Counted from the first letter of the whole stretch, positions 1 through 12,000 are shown. The stretch: DNA of 56,612 nt, filler included, from Sphacelaria rigidula (GCA_964200075.2; 3 parts of 3 records of this genome joined end to end with filler, not necessarily neighbours in it); one strand, 5' to 3'. Program-made: numbers and translations. The notes: generated by a model from the letters alone, not told the origin.

Positions 1-174
1 ACGCAGCCAACAGTTGTTCGAACGCGCTTGCTCCCGATGAATAACGCGCATTCATACGGCTTTACACAGCTTTTACTCAACACAAAGTGCACCACGAGTG
101 TTTCAGGCCGTTTTACGCACAGATGAGCACATGTTTTCGTGGAATCCAATACTCCCCCATCCATCGTACCATGG

Positions 175-176
<2 letters not shown>
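1..176. mobile_element. MITE family A, right part
   Basis: Colinear similarity to 1141-1314 and 26385-26560; ends in a degenerate TIR. Confidence 0.65.

Positions 177-266
<90 letters not shown>
175..266 (+). repeat. Compound (CT)n(CA)n microsatellite
   Basis: Seen directly. Confidence 0.98.
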
Positions 267-268
<2 letters not shown>

Positions 269-431
269 GCGCTCACGGCCGTTTCACTTTTTCGTTTTTG
301 CGTATGAGTGCAAGCGCGTTTTGCGCACGACCTTTGCACTTGAAGCCATGTTGCAATAGACGACTGTTTCTGTTCTTATTCCGTAATAATTTCATCTATT
401 TAATTTCATTCGAGCGGTGTATATTCAACAG

Positions 432-841
432 AGGGTTCTGAGAAATGGGGTTGAACATAAACATGAGGTCCAACTTCAAAACAATGCTTTCCCTGACCTA
501 GAGCCATCACAAATGACTTTCATATTAACGACCTCATTCCCTGACCTCCCTAAAACTATTTTGAGAGGTTTACCGTCTTCCGTTCCCCCAAAGGGTATGT
601 GCGACAGCACAATTTTTTACGCCAAAAAAAGTCCCTTTCCTCACCCCGAAGTCGGGGCAAAAATGTGCTTTCGCACACATCCTTTGGGGGAACGGAAGAC
701 TGGAAAACCCCCAAGATAGGTTCAGGGAGGTCGGGGGGGGAAAGTTCGTCAATATGAAAGTATTTTTTTGTGACTTTAGGTCAACGGAACCCCTGTTTTG
801 CAGTTGAACCTCATGTTTATTACAACCCCATTCTCGAGACC
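432..841. mobile_element. Foldback MITE family B (long imperfect inverted arms)
   Basis: ATGGGGTTGAACATAAACATGAGG at the left end is inverted to CCTCATGTTTATTACAACCCCAT at the right end; second copy at 9190-9589. Confidence 0.8.
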
Positions 842-960
842 TTGTGTCTTCTGTAGGTCTTGTCCCCTCCTTTCCTTTCCTCTACTTTCCTTTCCGTTCC
901 TTTCCTTTGCTTTCTCCTTTTTTTTTGCTTAGTTCCATGTCTGTTCCTCTTTCTAGTTTT

Positions 961-1314
961 GAGTCATCCTTCGATAAGGTTGTACTCATGATCATGCATG
1001 ATATAGTCATAAGACCATTGACCTCTCATCCCTACAACGCCGGGACGGAGCACGCCGGGTTTTCGCCGGACCAGGCTCGAGAGGGGGGGGCGGTATTTTG
1101 GGCCACTTCTTGCACGAAATTCGATGTCAGATCGTCGATGGAAACAGTAACGGTTGTTCGAACGAGCTTGTTATAGATATATAACTCTCATTGATACTGC
1201 TTGACACCGTTTTGAAGCACATATAAGCGCACCGCGAGTGTGGTAGATCGCCTGCCAAACCTGAGCCTTTTTTTCGTGCAATCAAATACCCCCTCCCCTA
1301 TCGTAGGATGACTC
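961..1314. mobile_element. MITE family A, complete copy (TIR GAGTCATCCTACGATA), carrying a LINE-3'-end insertion
   Basis: 16-bp TIR with 1 mismatch; TTTT on both flanks (possible 4-bp TSD; GAG ends are Sola-like, unconfirmed); other copies at 1-176, 26316-26560, 37637-37717. Confidence 0.8.
980..1082 (-). mobile_element. 3' end of LINE subfamily 2, inserted in the G-run next to the left TIR of MITE A
   Basis: Homologous to 18745-18809 and 37818-37888; absent from the empty MITE copy at 37637. Confidence 0.7.
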
Positions 1315-1499
1315 TTTTCTGTTTACTCTATTTGTTCTTCGGTGTATACTTTTGCATCGCCCCGTTTCGCTTTATTTAGCGAGTGTTTCCGTTTTTTATC
1401 TTGGGTAAGTCTATTTTGTGGATAATAACGATGGCTGGATACTGTGGATAGTGACCATGGCTGGGTACGTCGAGGATCAGTTAGTCTTAAAGTGCGAAA

Positions 1500-1757
1500 A
1501 CCAATCGAATTAAGTTAGCGCATGCGACGAGGGAAAGGGACTGCTGATCCCCTCTAGCGCAACCAAATATTATAAGCACCGCAGAATAAAGGTTGAGAAC
1601 TAAAACCAAAGAAAGCAAACAAAAAATACTCCCGTGTTGGCCTCCCTTCTGTATGGCCCCGACTGATGCGCCCACATTTACCGAAAGGTGTAGACTGACG
1701 TCCAGAATAGATGGGATGGCAACGCACAACAACATTACAAACGCACACACATACACA
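1500..1757 (+). mobile_element. SINE family C, 5'-truncated copy with CA-rich tail
   Basis: Reverse-complement similarity to 27111-27390 and 49377-49625. Confidence 0.7.
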
Positions 1758-2318
1758 CCACGAGGAACATGTATTTTGACTGGTATTTTCAAATATTTGT
1801 TCGTCCATGATGCGTTTTGCTTCGAAATGCGACGGCGATTCACACAAGATTTTTCGTCCTCGATACTTGCTCCCTCTTCATATCTCTTCATTATTTCCCG
1901 TTCTCGAGGGTTTTTAGAGAATGCTTCTTCGTCTATTTACCTCGGGTATGTATACCTCAATGTTATGGTTGGATTCTTACTAGATTGATTATGTGCGGTG
2001 ATCAACGAACCCGTCGATGGCTCAAGCGATACCTGTCTGTGGTGCCGGGAGCAGTCCACCGCAAAAGATATGGCGAGAACATGAATCGTGTGCTTCGGTG
2101 GCTGACTACTGCAAGTCAGATTCTCCGTGAGTACACGGTAAGCGTCTGCTAGTTGGTTGAGTACGCTTCCGTCAGGGATGCTGGGGGTGGTTTGAAGTAC
2201 AAGCGTTCAACACGACAGTAAGATGATGTTCTGCGGTCATGCTGCTCTCACACATACTATATGTGAACTGGAATGGCACAGACCTAACGAGAGCCTGCTG
2301 CCAACCACCGACACATAC

Positions 2319-2501
2319 CTGAATGGAAGCGTCTGCCGGGATGACTAGAGCATGGCTGCCATCGGCATCGAGATCTTCGCTCTCGTCCCCGGGGAAGACC
2401 TTGTAGAGAAACGTCAGCATCCCGTCGTTCCCACCGGACACGTACACCGCGATCGCGTCTGGCCCAGCATTTAGCCTCAACTCCGGAAACCCTTGGACGA
2501 C
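2319..2501 (-). CDS. Ig-repeat gene exon (VVQGFPELRLNAGPDAIAVYVSGGNDGMLTFLYKVFPGDESEDLD..)
   Basis: cgcag acceptor, gtatgt donor, 61 codons; gene continues off the left edge. Confidence 0.85.
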
Positions 2502-5500
2502 CTGCGCACTCGGAATCCATTGGCGAGTCCGGTTCAACGACAGAGGGGGGCAGAGAGATGGGGTGTCGGAAGAGCAGTCTGAGGCACCGCTCGCGCACTG
2601 GTAGTGCCCTAATATCTCGGGAAAATATTCACGATCCGAGTCTTTTTCGCAACAACGTGGGTTCTGCAGATCTATACTCGTACAAGCTACGTGAGCGGAG
2701 ACGTAAAAGTCTCACGAGGTTCTGTATTCCAGGCGACGAAACCGAAATCATCTTGTACCATCGAAGGTCTCGAGTAAATGTCAAATATGCACTTTTTCAT
2801 GTCGTTTGAGCGAGAGACGGAAACTCCGAGCTGCATTAGCGGCCGAGACTACAAAGGATGTTATCGCGGCGGTCGCCATACATACATACATGCATACGGT
2901 AAATTGTCATAATCGGAAGGAGGCGAAATTACAGTGGGTCAACACGCTGTGAAATTTGTCATCGTGGTAGCTACGACCTTGCGGGTGGAGCCTGAAAGGA
3001 CAAATTCTACTATGCAGCGTCGTGCCTCGATGTTGGTTCAATATCCAAAGCGGTTGCTTGATCGGTAGCACTATACGCTAAGTTTCGCAGATAATAGTAG
3101 AAAAATATGACATCAAAGGGCCCATACCTATCGGCCCGCACCCTCCCCCCCCCCTCCCACCATCACCACCCTTTCTTCCACCGTCCCTCCTTCCCTCTCA
3201 GTTTCCCCCTTTTCGTTTCCCACGTCCTGATCTGTACCACTCACCACCGGCCCGGACATGTACACTTGGATGTATATATCTTCACCGACACCGTAAATCC
3301 CGTTTGCCTTGCTGGAGGTAACCTTTGACCAGGTGAAAAAAGACACAAGATGGCAGAGGCAAAGTAAAGGAAGGAGGGGAGCATCAGAAGAAGGATGGGA
3401 AGGATGAAAAACGCGGTCAATCTGTACATCAGAAGGCGGAGAACACACAACAATACTGCCCTTGTCTTGCTCACTGGTGCTCCACGAGTAGGCTGGCCAT
3501 GTATCCCTGCCTTAGAACGGACGATGCATTTCCTTCTACAGAAGAACAATAGTCCGAAAAACATCTAGGTGTGTACGCAGTAAATTTTAAAGCCTCCGAA
3601 GAACTGTACCATTGAAGGCATAAACACCCCCTTCGAGATAAAGCTTGGGCCGATCTTCCCTCCCGCGTATACACCGTGTGATATCTTTTTCCAACCGTCA
3701 TCTCCCTCACGTTACTGAGATACAACGATTGCCTGTCGATTGCCCCGCTTTGTGACCGACCGAACCATGTACATTAACCCAATTCTCTCTCTATGTATAT
3801 GTGTGTGTAAAAGTAGTTTTCAGCTGAAATAAGGGACTTTGGTAATTTTTTCGTAGTCGACGATTTTCAGTAGTGTTTTCGTGTGCCACCGCTCATCTTA
3901 GGAAATGCTCGATCCCAAACTTTGGGGATCAGGAAATACTAGGCTTCCGCTCCACATCCCGAAACAACATCACATCTGCACTCAATATTAAACGACTTAC
4001 GGGCTGACCGGTTGACGGGGGTCCTGCGACTATCAAGCCCCCATGCTCTGACCATTGCGTACATCCCGAACGTATATTTACCGGTCAGACAAGCTACGTT
4101 AGCCTCGTAATTGTGTTTAACCTTCACTCCATCCTCCGTCATTGCTGCTCGAACTCAAGAAAAAGGCCCACCGTAGTGGTACACGTCAGAGTACGGCAAA
4201 TGACGAGAACGGCACCAATTCGGGTACAGCTACCGGTATGTCTGGCCATTGAGTCAACAACGTAGACATGAGCCACTCGGGCGCCGGTAGTTGCGCTATA
4301 GTCTGTAAAATCTCACAAGGGTAAGAAAATGAAGAGGACTGCTGGGACCGTTGTGAGCATCCGTCCATCGACGAACTTATATCTGAAAAAGAAGAACTCA
4401 TGTTCGACACGGAGCTCACGTTTGACACGAAGACAGCGGTGTCGTCCACAAGAATATCGGACGACCACCCGAGGCTGCCGATCGCACCCTTTCGGGGTAA
4501 CATCAAGTCGGCAGGCGTTACCGGCGACGTACTGGCGAGTAGAAGTTCCCCGCCGTAAGGGGACAAAGCCGCGGATGACGCGTAGTCTAAACGACTTGCC
4601 CCGTCTCCATCGTGTACCTGCAAAGTTGGGGGTCATTTTGACAAAAATATGGAGGTATTGTGGGGAACAGTTGAAAAAACGGAGTCAGGCCAGGAGGCAT
4701 TGAATAGCCTGCATTATGGTGCCTCAGCAAAAGTCCATGCCCTCAAACCAAGCAGGCGCAGCCTCGGAGTCAGAGGACAGGGGGCTAGCTGTACTCGTTC
4801 TTGAAGAAAAAAGGGGGGGGCAAGGCGACGTATTGCGCTCTCGGCATCAAACATAACAACAACTACCCGTTTTACTTGTCTGCGTGAATGGAATCGAAAG
4901 GTGGCAAATTTCTGCAACTCTCCGAGTATTTTTTTCTCGATCTTTCGCGGCGTATTTCACCCGAAAAAAGGGCAGTATGACTTCTCACACCTCAGAACGT
5001 CTTGCTCTACTGCTCCAGAGGGTTCCTGAGTACCGTCGCGTTCTCCAGTGGGTGCACGCCATCGTTTGGATGGAAGAGCAATTTCTCGGACAACCGTTCA
5101 AAGTTCAATAGATTGAAGCAGATCGTTGCGGTACGCTTCTGTGCAGTTGGTGGTTGTCGATGCTTTGTACGGAAATTCTCTTGCGTACTTACTCCAAAGT
5201 CAAACTGCGCGTACGGAAAGACGCAGATATTATGCCGGAATCTTCTCGGATGTCAGAGTACAGTCATTCCGACGGGGCAGAATCCGCTTAGCGCTCCTCT
5301 CCATCGAAATACATCGCAACTTTACTAAAATGATACGTCCCCGAGAGTATGTGTTCCGGATAATGAGAAGGGAGTAGTATATGCCATACTCTATGTCCGA
5401 CTTTGCAGAACTTCACTGTACGTATGTTCCTCACATTCAAAAGGAGGGTCTCTTTGAAACACCGGATGAACGTGAAGGAAAACTCTATCGGCTATCAACA

Positions 5501-7472
5501 TTATAAGTAGGAAGGGCTCGCCAACTATACAATACTGGCAGTAGTGAGTCCATTAACTGCGCAGACTTTTGTTCTTCATGTGCGAATGCATGCTCGTGCA
5601 AAAAAGCAGGTATTGTATTCACATGCTTCGCACTCAACAAGGGTCGAAATATATGTGACGGTACAAAGGCTCCCACTCAAGGAGCAAAAACTCGCCACAA
5701 TATCAAGACTCGCCTCTAGAACACCCTTCCCAACGACAACATGACCTTCTGAGTTGTCCCTTTTTTCACAGGGAGCTCGTTACCCTCTACCATACCTCGA
5801 TCATGAAACACCTGTACGGATGACTGAAAATGACTCAGATATAGGCAGCGCTTGTTGGAGAATGTTCAAATGTTCTGCCTGTACAACTCCGACGAAATCG
5901 TATGTTCGGACTGCAATGGCTGTGTCGTATCGTGGGTAAACATGCCTCATATGCGAAGACCAGCCGCGTCGTTCCATTACCATCAGCATACGTGGCGTTT
6001 CTATCCCCAAGTTCTCCGCTCGAATCCATTAGCAACGTAGGTAGCACACCATAGCACACGGCGAGGACCTCAGCATCGGAAGAGGCGTTGCTACTTGTAC
6101 TGGTCGCGGACGTAGATGTATTGTTGTCGCACAGCCCACTGTATCCGTGCAATACCACTGGCGCACTGAAGGCAACAGCAATGCCAATCGTCGCGCCGAC
6201 TGTGTAGGTTCCGTTGGGGTAGGTACTAGTTACCCCCGTGACAATTGGCGGGGTCGTGTCGATCGCAATCGAGCGGCCGTCGTTGAGGCTGCCGGATTCG
6301 CCGGAGTGTGGAAGGGTGATGTTCACCGATTCGGTCGCGTACCTGATTTTGTATTTTGAGTTTAGGCCCGGAATTTTGAGAGGACGTGGTGGAAAGAGTT
6401 GCTAGGATTTTTGAATAAAATACCGTTCGAGGGGTACGGTTGCGATTGGGGTTAAGGTTAGAGTCTCCATACGTCAAGAGTTGAGATTACCGGGTCTATC
6501 TGGGGTCGCTGAGGAGGATATTCGCTCTTTTTCATTCAAGATGCGACAATTTACTAATCGACTAGTCGGTCAATCAATACTCTCCCCTCCATGTGTTTCA
6601 TCGTTTTGGAGCAACACTTGTATGTATGTGGGGATTATCACATCATGTAGTTCTCGTTGAATAGAGGACAAATTCCCCAGTTCAATCAGGGCAACCGGCA
6701 AGCATTCTCCACAAAAACTTGCGATCGTGTCTTACTATGCACCTCATCCGCTTTTAGGGACGTGCTCGTTGACATACAAACACCTCTGACCTACTGCTGC
6801 TTCTCACAACCTGCATCAATTTTGGACTACTGTATGGTTTACAGATGTATGTGCGATCATCGTATCCCGCCTACTGTGCTACCTCGAGCTCCTCCTACCA
6901 ATTAGTGTCGACGCGCCCCTACCCTCCCGACCACTTTAAACGAGCGCCCCGAAGGCCACTCAAAGGTGCAACCCGATCGTAAGCCGGTAAAACCAACCCC
7001 TATCCTATTCAATTTTCCTGCTTCACCGAACCTTGTATATTGTTTCTGACTTGCAATGAAACATCCCATCGAATGGCGGATTGGCGGGTTAAACACGGAT
7101 TTGGTAGGCCAGTTAGTCGCTTATGTACAGTGTGGTCGACGCGAGCCTTGGGCTACTTGTTCCAACATTGAGCAAAGAGCAAATGTTGCCGAGGGCTTGC
7201 TCTCATTTTTAGGCAGCTTGCTAGCTGGCCAGATACCGATGAAGGGGGCACTCTTTGCGGCAGGGGAAGGGTCTATTTGCGATGCACATCTCATCCACGA
7301 ATTTGAATTTCATGACGAGACCATGAACACGAGTCTACGGTAGTCAGTTTCATTGGAGCACTTTGGTATAGTTTGGCGTCAACGGTAGGACATCAAGAAA
7401 GGCATAGCTGCGGCTCTCACGGTGACTTCTTTTCAGTGGATTCGGTGTGGTCAAAGGCATATACTTTGTTGC

Positions 7473-7514
<42 letters not shown>

Positions 7515-8081
7515 CTTCACATTAAAGAACTGTTCCGATATCTGCGCGGCTACGACGTGGTGGTGATTCCAGATGGTGTGCCTCGCAAGCCCGGCATGAG
7601 CAGGTCACGTGTTCGTGTGTTTGTCATCTGTTGTCATCCCATCATTCCTGGACGCCAGTCTACACATTTTGGTATATGCAGGCGCATCAGCCGCGTTCAC
7701 AATAGGAAGGCCAACATGAGTTTTTTCGTGACACCAGGTTAAAAGTATATACTTTACGATGTCAAAACCTGAGACTGAAGGGCAGGAGGTTAAAATGGGC
7801 GGGGGGAACGAGGGGTGGGGGAAGGGGGAAAGGGGAAGGGGGGTCGAACTTGCAGCAATTCTCATCAGAAACATACACTCACATCGAAAGCTGTCTAGCC
7901 TATCGCCCATGTCTACAGCAGGCGAAGCGAAGCACTCACGTAGCGTTGAGGCGCACGGTACAGTTCAGGGCAGACGGTGATGACACGTCGAGCGAATTTG
8001 TGTGGTGGCCATCTTGAACCACGTAGCTGAAGACCAAAGCGTTGTAGGCCGTGTCCTGCCCAGACATCTCCACCTCGTAGC
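2319..8081 (-). CDS. Partial multi-exon gene: large extracellular protein with ~115-aa bacterial-adhesin-like Ig-type repeats; complement join(7940-8081,5946-6342,4420-4617,3245-3322,2319-2501); both ends missing
   Basis: Five exons join in frame (phases 1/2/0/0/0/0) into ~332 aa. The protein repeats the motif D-T..P.V..VTS...NG.Y.VG..I.I.V.(F/M)S.PV...G.P.L.......A.Y..G.....L.F.Y.V..GD....LD.....AL about 2.5 times and has many N-x-S/T sequons. Confidence 0.85.
3245..3322 (-). CDS. Ig-repeat gene exon (VTSSKANGIYGVGEDIYIQVYMSGPV)
   Basis: aag acceptor, gtgagt donor, 26 codons; matches the repeat start. Confidence 0.8.
4420..4617 (-). CDS. Ig-repeat gene exon (VHDGDGASRLDYASSAAL..LMLPRKGAIGSL..VDDTAVFVSN)
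   Basis: tgcag acceptor, gtgagc donor, 66 codons. Confidence 0.85.
5946..6342 (-). CDS. Ig-repeat gene exon (..TLPHSGESGSL..IDTTPPIVTGVTSTYPNGTYTVG..GNGTTRLVFAYE)
   Basis: atcag acceptor; in-frame join to the next exon needs the GC donor GAG|gcatgt; overlaps ORF 5835..6326. Confidence 0.85.
7468..7514 (+). repeat. (TGT)n microsatellite
   Basis: Seen directly. Confidence 0.95.
7612..7740 (-). mobile_element. SINE family C 3' fragment
   Basis: TGTTGTCATCCCATCATTCCTGGACGCCAGTCTACAC matches 27167-27205. Confidence 0.65.
7940..8081 (-). CDS. Ig-repeat gene exon (GYEVEMSGQDTAYNALVFSYVVQDGHHTNSLDVSSPSALNCTVRLNAT)
   Basis: tacag acceptor and gtgagt donor; LVFSYVV.DG....LD motif; absent from the ORF track. 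Confidence 0.8.
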
Positions 8082-9005
8082 CTGTACACCAGAAGAAGCG
8101 GAATTCATTCCAATTTTTTACACCGCGATTTTTTTTAATAATTTGCGTATTAAATGTACTGTTTTGTGGTGACTCCCGACATTTTGCATACTTTATGGAT
8201 CACATCGGTAACATCACACCACAACAAACTGTACTTGCAGGGTTACCTGAAAACCCAGTTGCTGAAGTTTCAGTCGGTAGTTGCACGATAGTTTCTTTTT
8301 CACTACGTCAAAGGCAAACCACTACATCGAAACGCGACTGGAAATAATAACTACCTGAAAGACGTTTGCCACCGTACATCACATGAAGTACTTCGAAGTA
8401 TATGCTGGCCTTTGGCTGTCTTGCTGCGCACGTGGTCGGCACGGATACTGGCTTCGGTCGTGAAAACATTTAGGACCAAACCGCAGCAATGTACAAACAT
8501 ACATTTGTTTGCATATGTACAAGCTACATGGAGTCACATTTATATGTAATTTGAGTGTACGTACAAACATATATATCACACGGAATTTTACAGATTGAGG
8601 ATGTAGTTTTTCCAAGGATGAACCTTGGGAGTTTTCATAAGCATCGAAATATTTTGTGAAAAGAAATGCAAATGCACTATCCGGCCATGATGAATGGACT
8701 CACGCATCCTAAGAAAAAGCAGCATTCGCAACTCGTAAAGTTCCGTGTCAATAGGAGATTATGACAAATAACACGTTTTTTGTACGATAGTAAAAGGAGG
8801 TGAAAATTGTTCGATGTAACAAACACTAGATTGTATAAATTGCCCATGTTTTTTCCCTTGGGGATGAGCAAGTCCACACATCACCACCGACTAGGGCATT
8901 CCTATTTTCTCTTTGAAAATATTTCGATGCTTACGAAAGCTCCCAAGGTTCATCCTCAAAAGGAGATCCACTCTCAATCGGGGAAATCCCGCGTTATCGA
9001 TACAA

Positions 9006-9088
9006 CACATACATACATACATACATACATACATACATACATACATACATACATACATACATACATACATACATACATACATACATAC
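9006..9088 (+). repeat. (TACA)n microsatellite
   Basis: Seen directly. Confidence 0.98.
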
Positions 9089-9189
9089 ACACTTCCTCAC
9101 TTACATGCTTCCTCACTTACATACATAATGCATATAAACGTCCATACATACATTGGTTAATACATGAATACACGCATAAGAGAGCATAT

Positions 9190-9589
9190 TTTCGAAAATG
9201 AAGTTGAGCGTTAACATGAGTTTCAATTCCAAAACAGTGCTTTCCCTGACCTAAAGGCGTGACGAGTGGCTTTAACACGGGATCTCATGCCCTCCAATCT
9301 CCCTAAACTATTCGTGGGTTTGCCTGTCTTCCGTTCTCCCGAAGGGTATGTACGACATCACCTTTTTGTCTCGACTTCGGGGTGACAAAATATACGTTTT
9401 TAGCCCGAAAACCTTGCTTTCGCACACATCCTTTGGGGGAACGGAAGACGGGCAAACCTGGAAACAGCTTCAGGGAGATCGGGGGGCATGAGGTTATCCG
9501 TATGAAATTCGTTTATCATGACTTTAGGTCAGGGAAAGCCTTGTTTTGGAGTTGAACCTCATTTTACTGTCCAACCTCACTTTCGAAGA
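9190..9589. mobile_element. Foldback MITE family B, second copy
   Basis: Colinear with 432-841; inverted arms present. Confidence 0.8.
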
Positions 9590-9614
9590 TTATTTCTTAC
9601 ATCACACATACGCA

Positions 9615-9905
9615 GGTATACGGACATCAATATTGTGCACGTTTCCCGCCACGTTCTTGCCCCTCCTTCCGCGGGACGACTTCGCAGTCTCAACGAATCT
9701 CCAGTTCTCTCCCCCCATACATCCCTTGTACGTGTGATATTGCCAATCGGGTTAGCACTCCGGTACCGCATCGACTTTCACCAAAACTTCTTCGCCACCA
9801 TTATTCTCGTGTTGTCAGCGATGAAAACTAGACACTCTTAGAAACAGCAGTGGCATCCGTTGGGATTCGAACCCTCACCTTTGATCTAACCGGTGTTACG
9901 TTGTA
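9615..9905 (-). mobile_element. Probable tRNA-derived SINE
   Basis: Perfect B-box GGTTCGAATCCC on minus at 9862-9873; no cloverleaf; boundaries approximate. Confidence 0.45.
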
Positions 9906-10349
9906 CGACTTAAGGCTGCTCTAAGCGGTAATTTTTTCCGATCCCGTGGGCTTTATATGAGTCGGAGAGTGAATTTCCCGATCTATCATTCTGAACACAT
10001 AGCTGCTGTTCAGCGATATAGGATCTGCGGATTGTTCTTCCGACCCCATCGAATCGGTGCCAAAGTTTCGAATCGGAAATGGAAACAAACTACGCGATGG
10101 ACAACGAGTGGTGCAAGTTTCACTTTCTTTGTTGTCGGTCGGTGGTCATGGAAAGTGGTCGGAATCGGAAACTTTCGGAAAGACTGGACCTATTATTCAT
10201 CGTTGAAAACGGCCCCTATACCATGGGGGCGGGGGGGTCACATAGATAATTAAAAAAAAAGATATACACCGGTGCAAACAGACATGTAGAGGGAGTGAAC
10301 ACATCTTCTCTAGTTTACGGAGCATAACAGCCCCCCTCCCCTCCTCCCC

Positions 10350-10434
10350 GCTCCGTCTCGAAAGGGATGCGTGGTCAATGGTCAAATGACTAAGGCAAGC
10401 AACAAACGAGTACACCCCACGCCCCCCCAACCCC
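10350..10434 (+). mobile_element. LINE 3'-end fragment flanked by C-rich tracts
   Basis: GCTCCGTCTCGAAAGGGATGCGTGGTCAATGGTCAAATGACTAAGGCAAGCAACAAACGAGTAC matches 16975-17030. Confidence 0.85.
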
Positions 10435-10885
10435 NNNNNNNNNNCAAACGAACAGGTAGAGGGAGTAAACCCATCTTCTCTAGTTTACGGACCACACCCC
10501 CCCCCCCCCCCTCCTCCCCGCCTGACTCTTGGGTTGGCGTCGAGGGGCAACGGCGCTGTGAAACAAGCCACCAGAACCTACACATGAAGCGTACAGTTAG
10601 CGTACACATACCAGAGTACGTCACTAATCAAAATGATTCCCCGGATCAACAGATACACGAGACATACAACAACCAAAAGAAACATTTTTTGTTTCCCCCT
10701 AGCAAAACACAACCTGGATAGAGACGTGAGATGACGAAGCTGACCGTTTTTTTCTCCATTCAACTTTTTCAAGTCTTCCTTCCTTTTCCTTGATATTTTC
10801 TTCTCTGTTTCTTCCTGCTCGTCTTTAACACTTCTTTTTCGTTTCCTCGCTATTATTTTTTGTTTCTGTTTTCTTTTTGTTCGTT

Positions 10886-12000
10886 ACCAGCACACAGCCC
10901 GGACATAGACCTGAAATAAAGCAGGTAATCATCCCGTTCTTTAAGATAACATAGCAAAGCCTGGGCATGGGAATGAAATAATGAAGCCCGCAGCTTCTTC
11001 AGCCTACCAGAACACAGCCCGGACATTGACGTGAAATAACGAGGTTAGACATCCTTTTTCTGTCACCTGTCATAACACAGCCCGGATGTGAATATGAAAT
11101 GGCGAAGTTAGTCACTTTTTGTTTTTGAGCTACCAGGACACGGTCCAGACATGGACATGACAAAGCTAATGTCTCTTCCTAACCTACCAGAACACAAACC
11201 GACGTGGACTTGAAATGACAGAGCTAATCATCCTTTTCTTCAACATACCATGACAAAGCCTGAACATAGACACGAAACAACGAAGCTAACAATCCTTTAT
11301 CGTTAACCTACTATAACACAGCTCGGACATAGGCATGAAATAACGAAGCTAACCACTTTGTTTCTTCAACCTACCAGAACATAGCCCAGACATGGACATG
11401 AAATAACGAAGCTAACAATCCTTTTTCTTTGACTTACCCAAACACACCCCGGATATAGCCATAAAATAACGAAGCTGGCTATCCTTTTTTTTCAAGTACC
11501 AGAACACAGCCCGGACATAGACATGGAATAGCGAAGCTAGCCATCTTTTCCCTCTAACCTACAATAACACGGCCCGGACCTGGACATGAAATAGCGATGC
11601 TAACCACTTTTTTTCTTCAACTATTAGAATACAATCCGGACATAGACATGGAGTAACGAAGCTAGCCACCCTCTTCCTTTAACCTACCATAAAACAGCCC
11701 GGAAATTAATATGAGGTGACGAAACTAACCACTTTTTTCTTCAAACCACCATAACAAGGCCCGCACATGGACATGACATGACAAAGCTAACCATTCTTTT
11801 TCTTCCACTTACCTTAATTAAGCCCGGACATGGTTATGACATGACGGAACTAAGCAAGCTGTTGCTTTACTCCATCAGAGCACAGGCTAGACTTAGACAT
11901 GAAATGACGAAGCTAACTATCTTTTTCTCTGCACTCAGCACAGCACAGCCCGGACATGGATATGAAATAGCGGAAAAAATCATTTACTTTCCCCCGTATC
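10886..12000 (+). repeat. Degenerate tandem array of ~18 units of 63 bp (21 codons)
   Basis: Consensus ACCAGAACACAGCCCGGACATAGACATGAAATAACGAAGCTAACCATCCTTTTTCTTCAACCT; unit starts include 11247, 11310, 11373, 11436; outlier unit near 10702. Confidence 0.95.

Noticed and set aside
87..441. ORFs with SL, HT or ER runs (also at 7422, 8807, 26939)
   Set aside because: They are translations of microsatellites and SINE tails.
9855..9905. tRNA gene
   Set aside because: Only the B-box/T-loop is present; no acceptor or anticodon stem can be formed.
10886..12000. 63-bp array as CRISPR repeat plus spacer
   Set aside because: The whole unit is homologous between copies, so there is no spacer.
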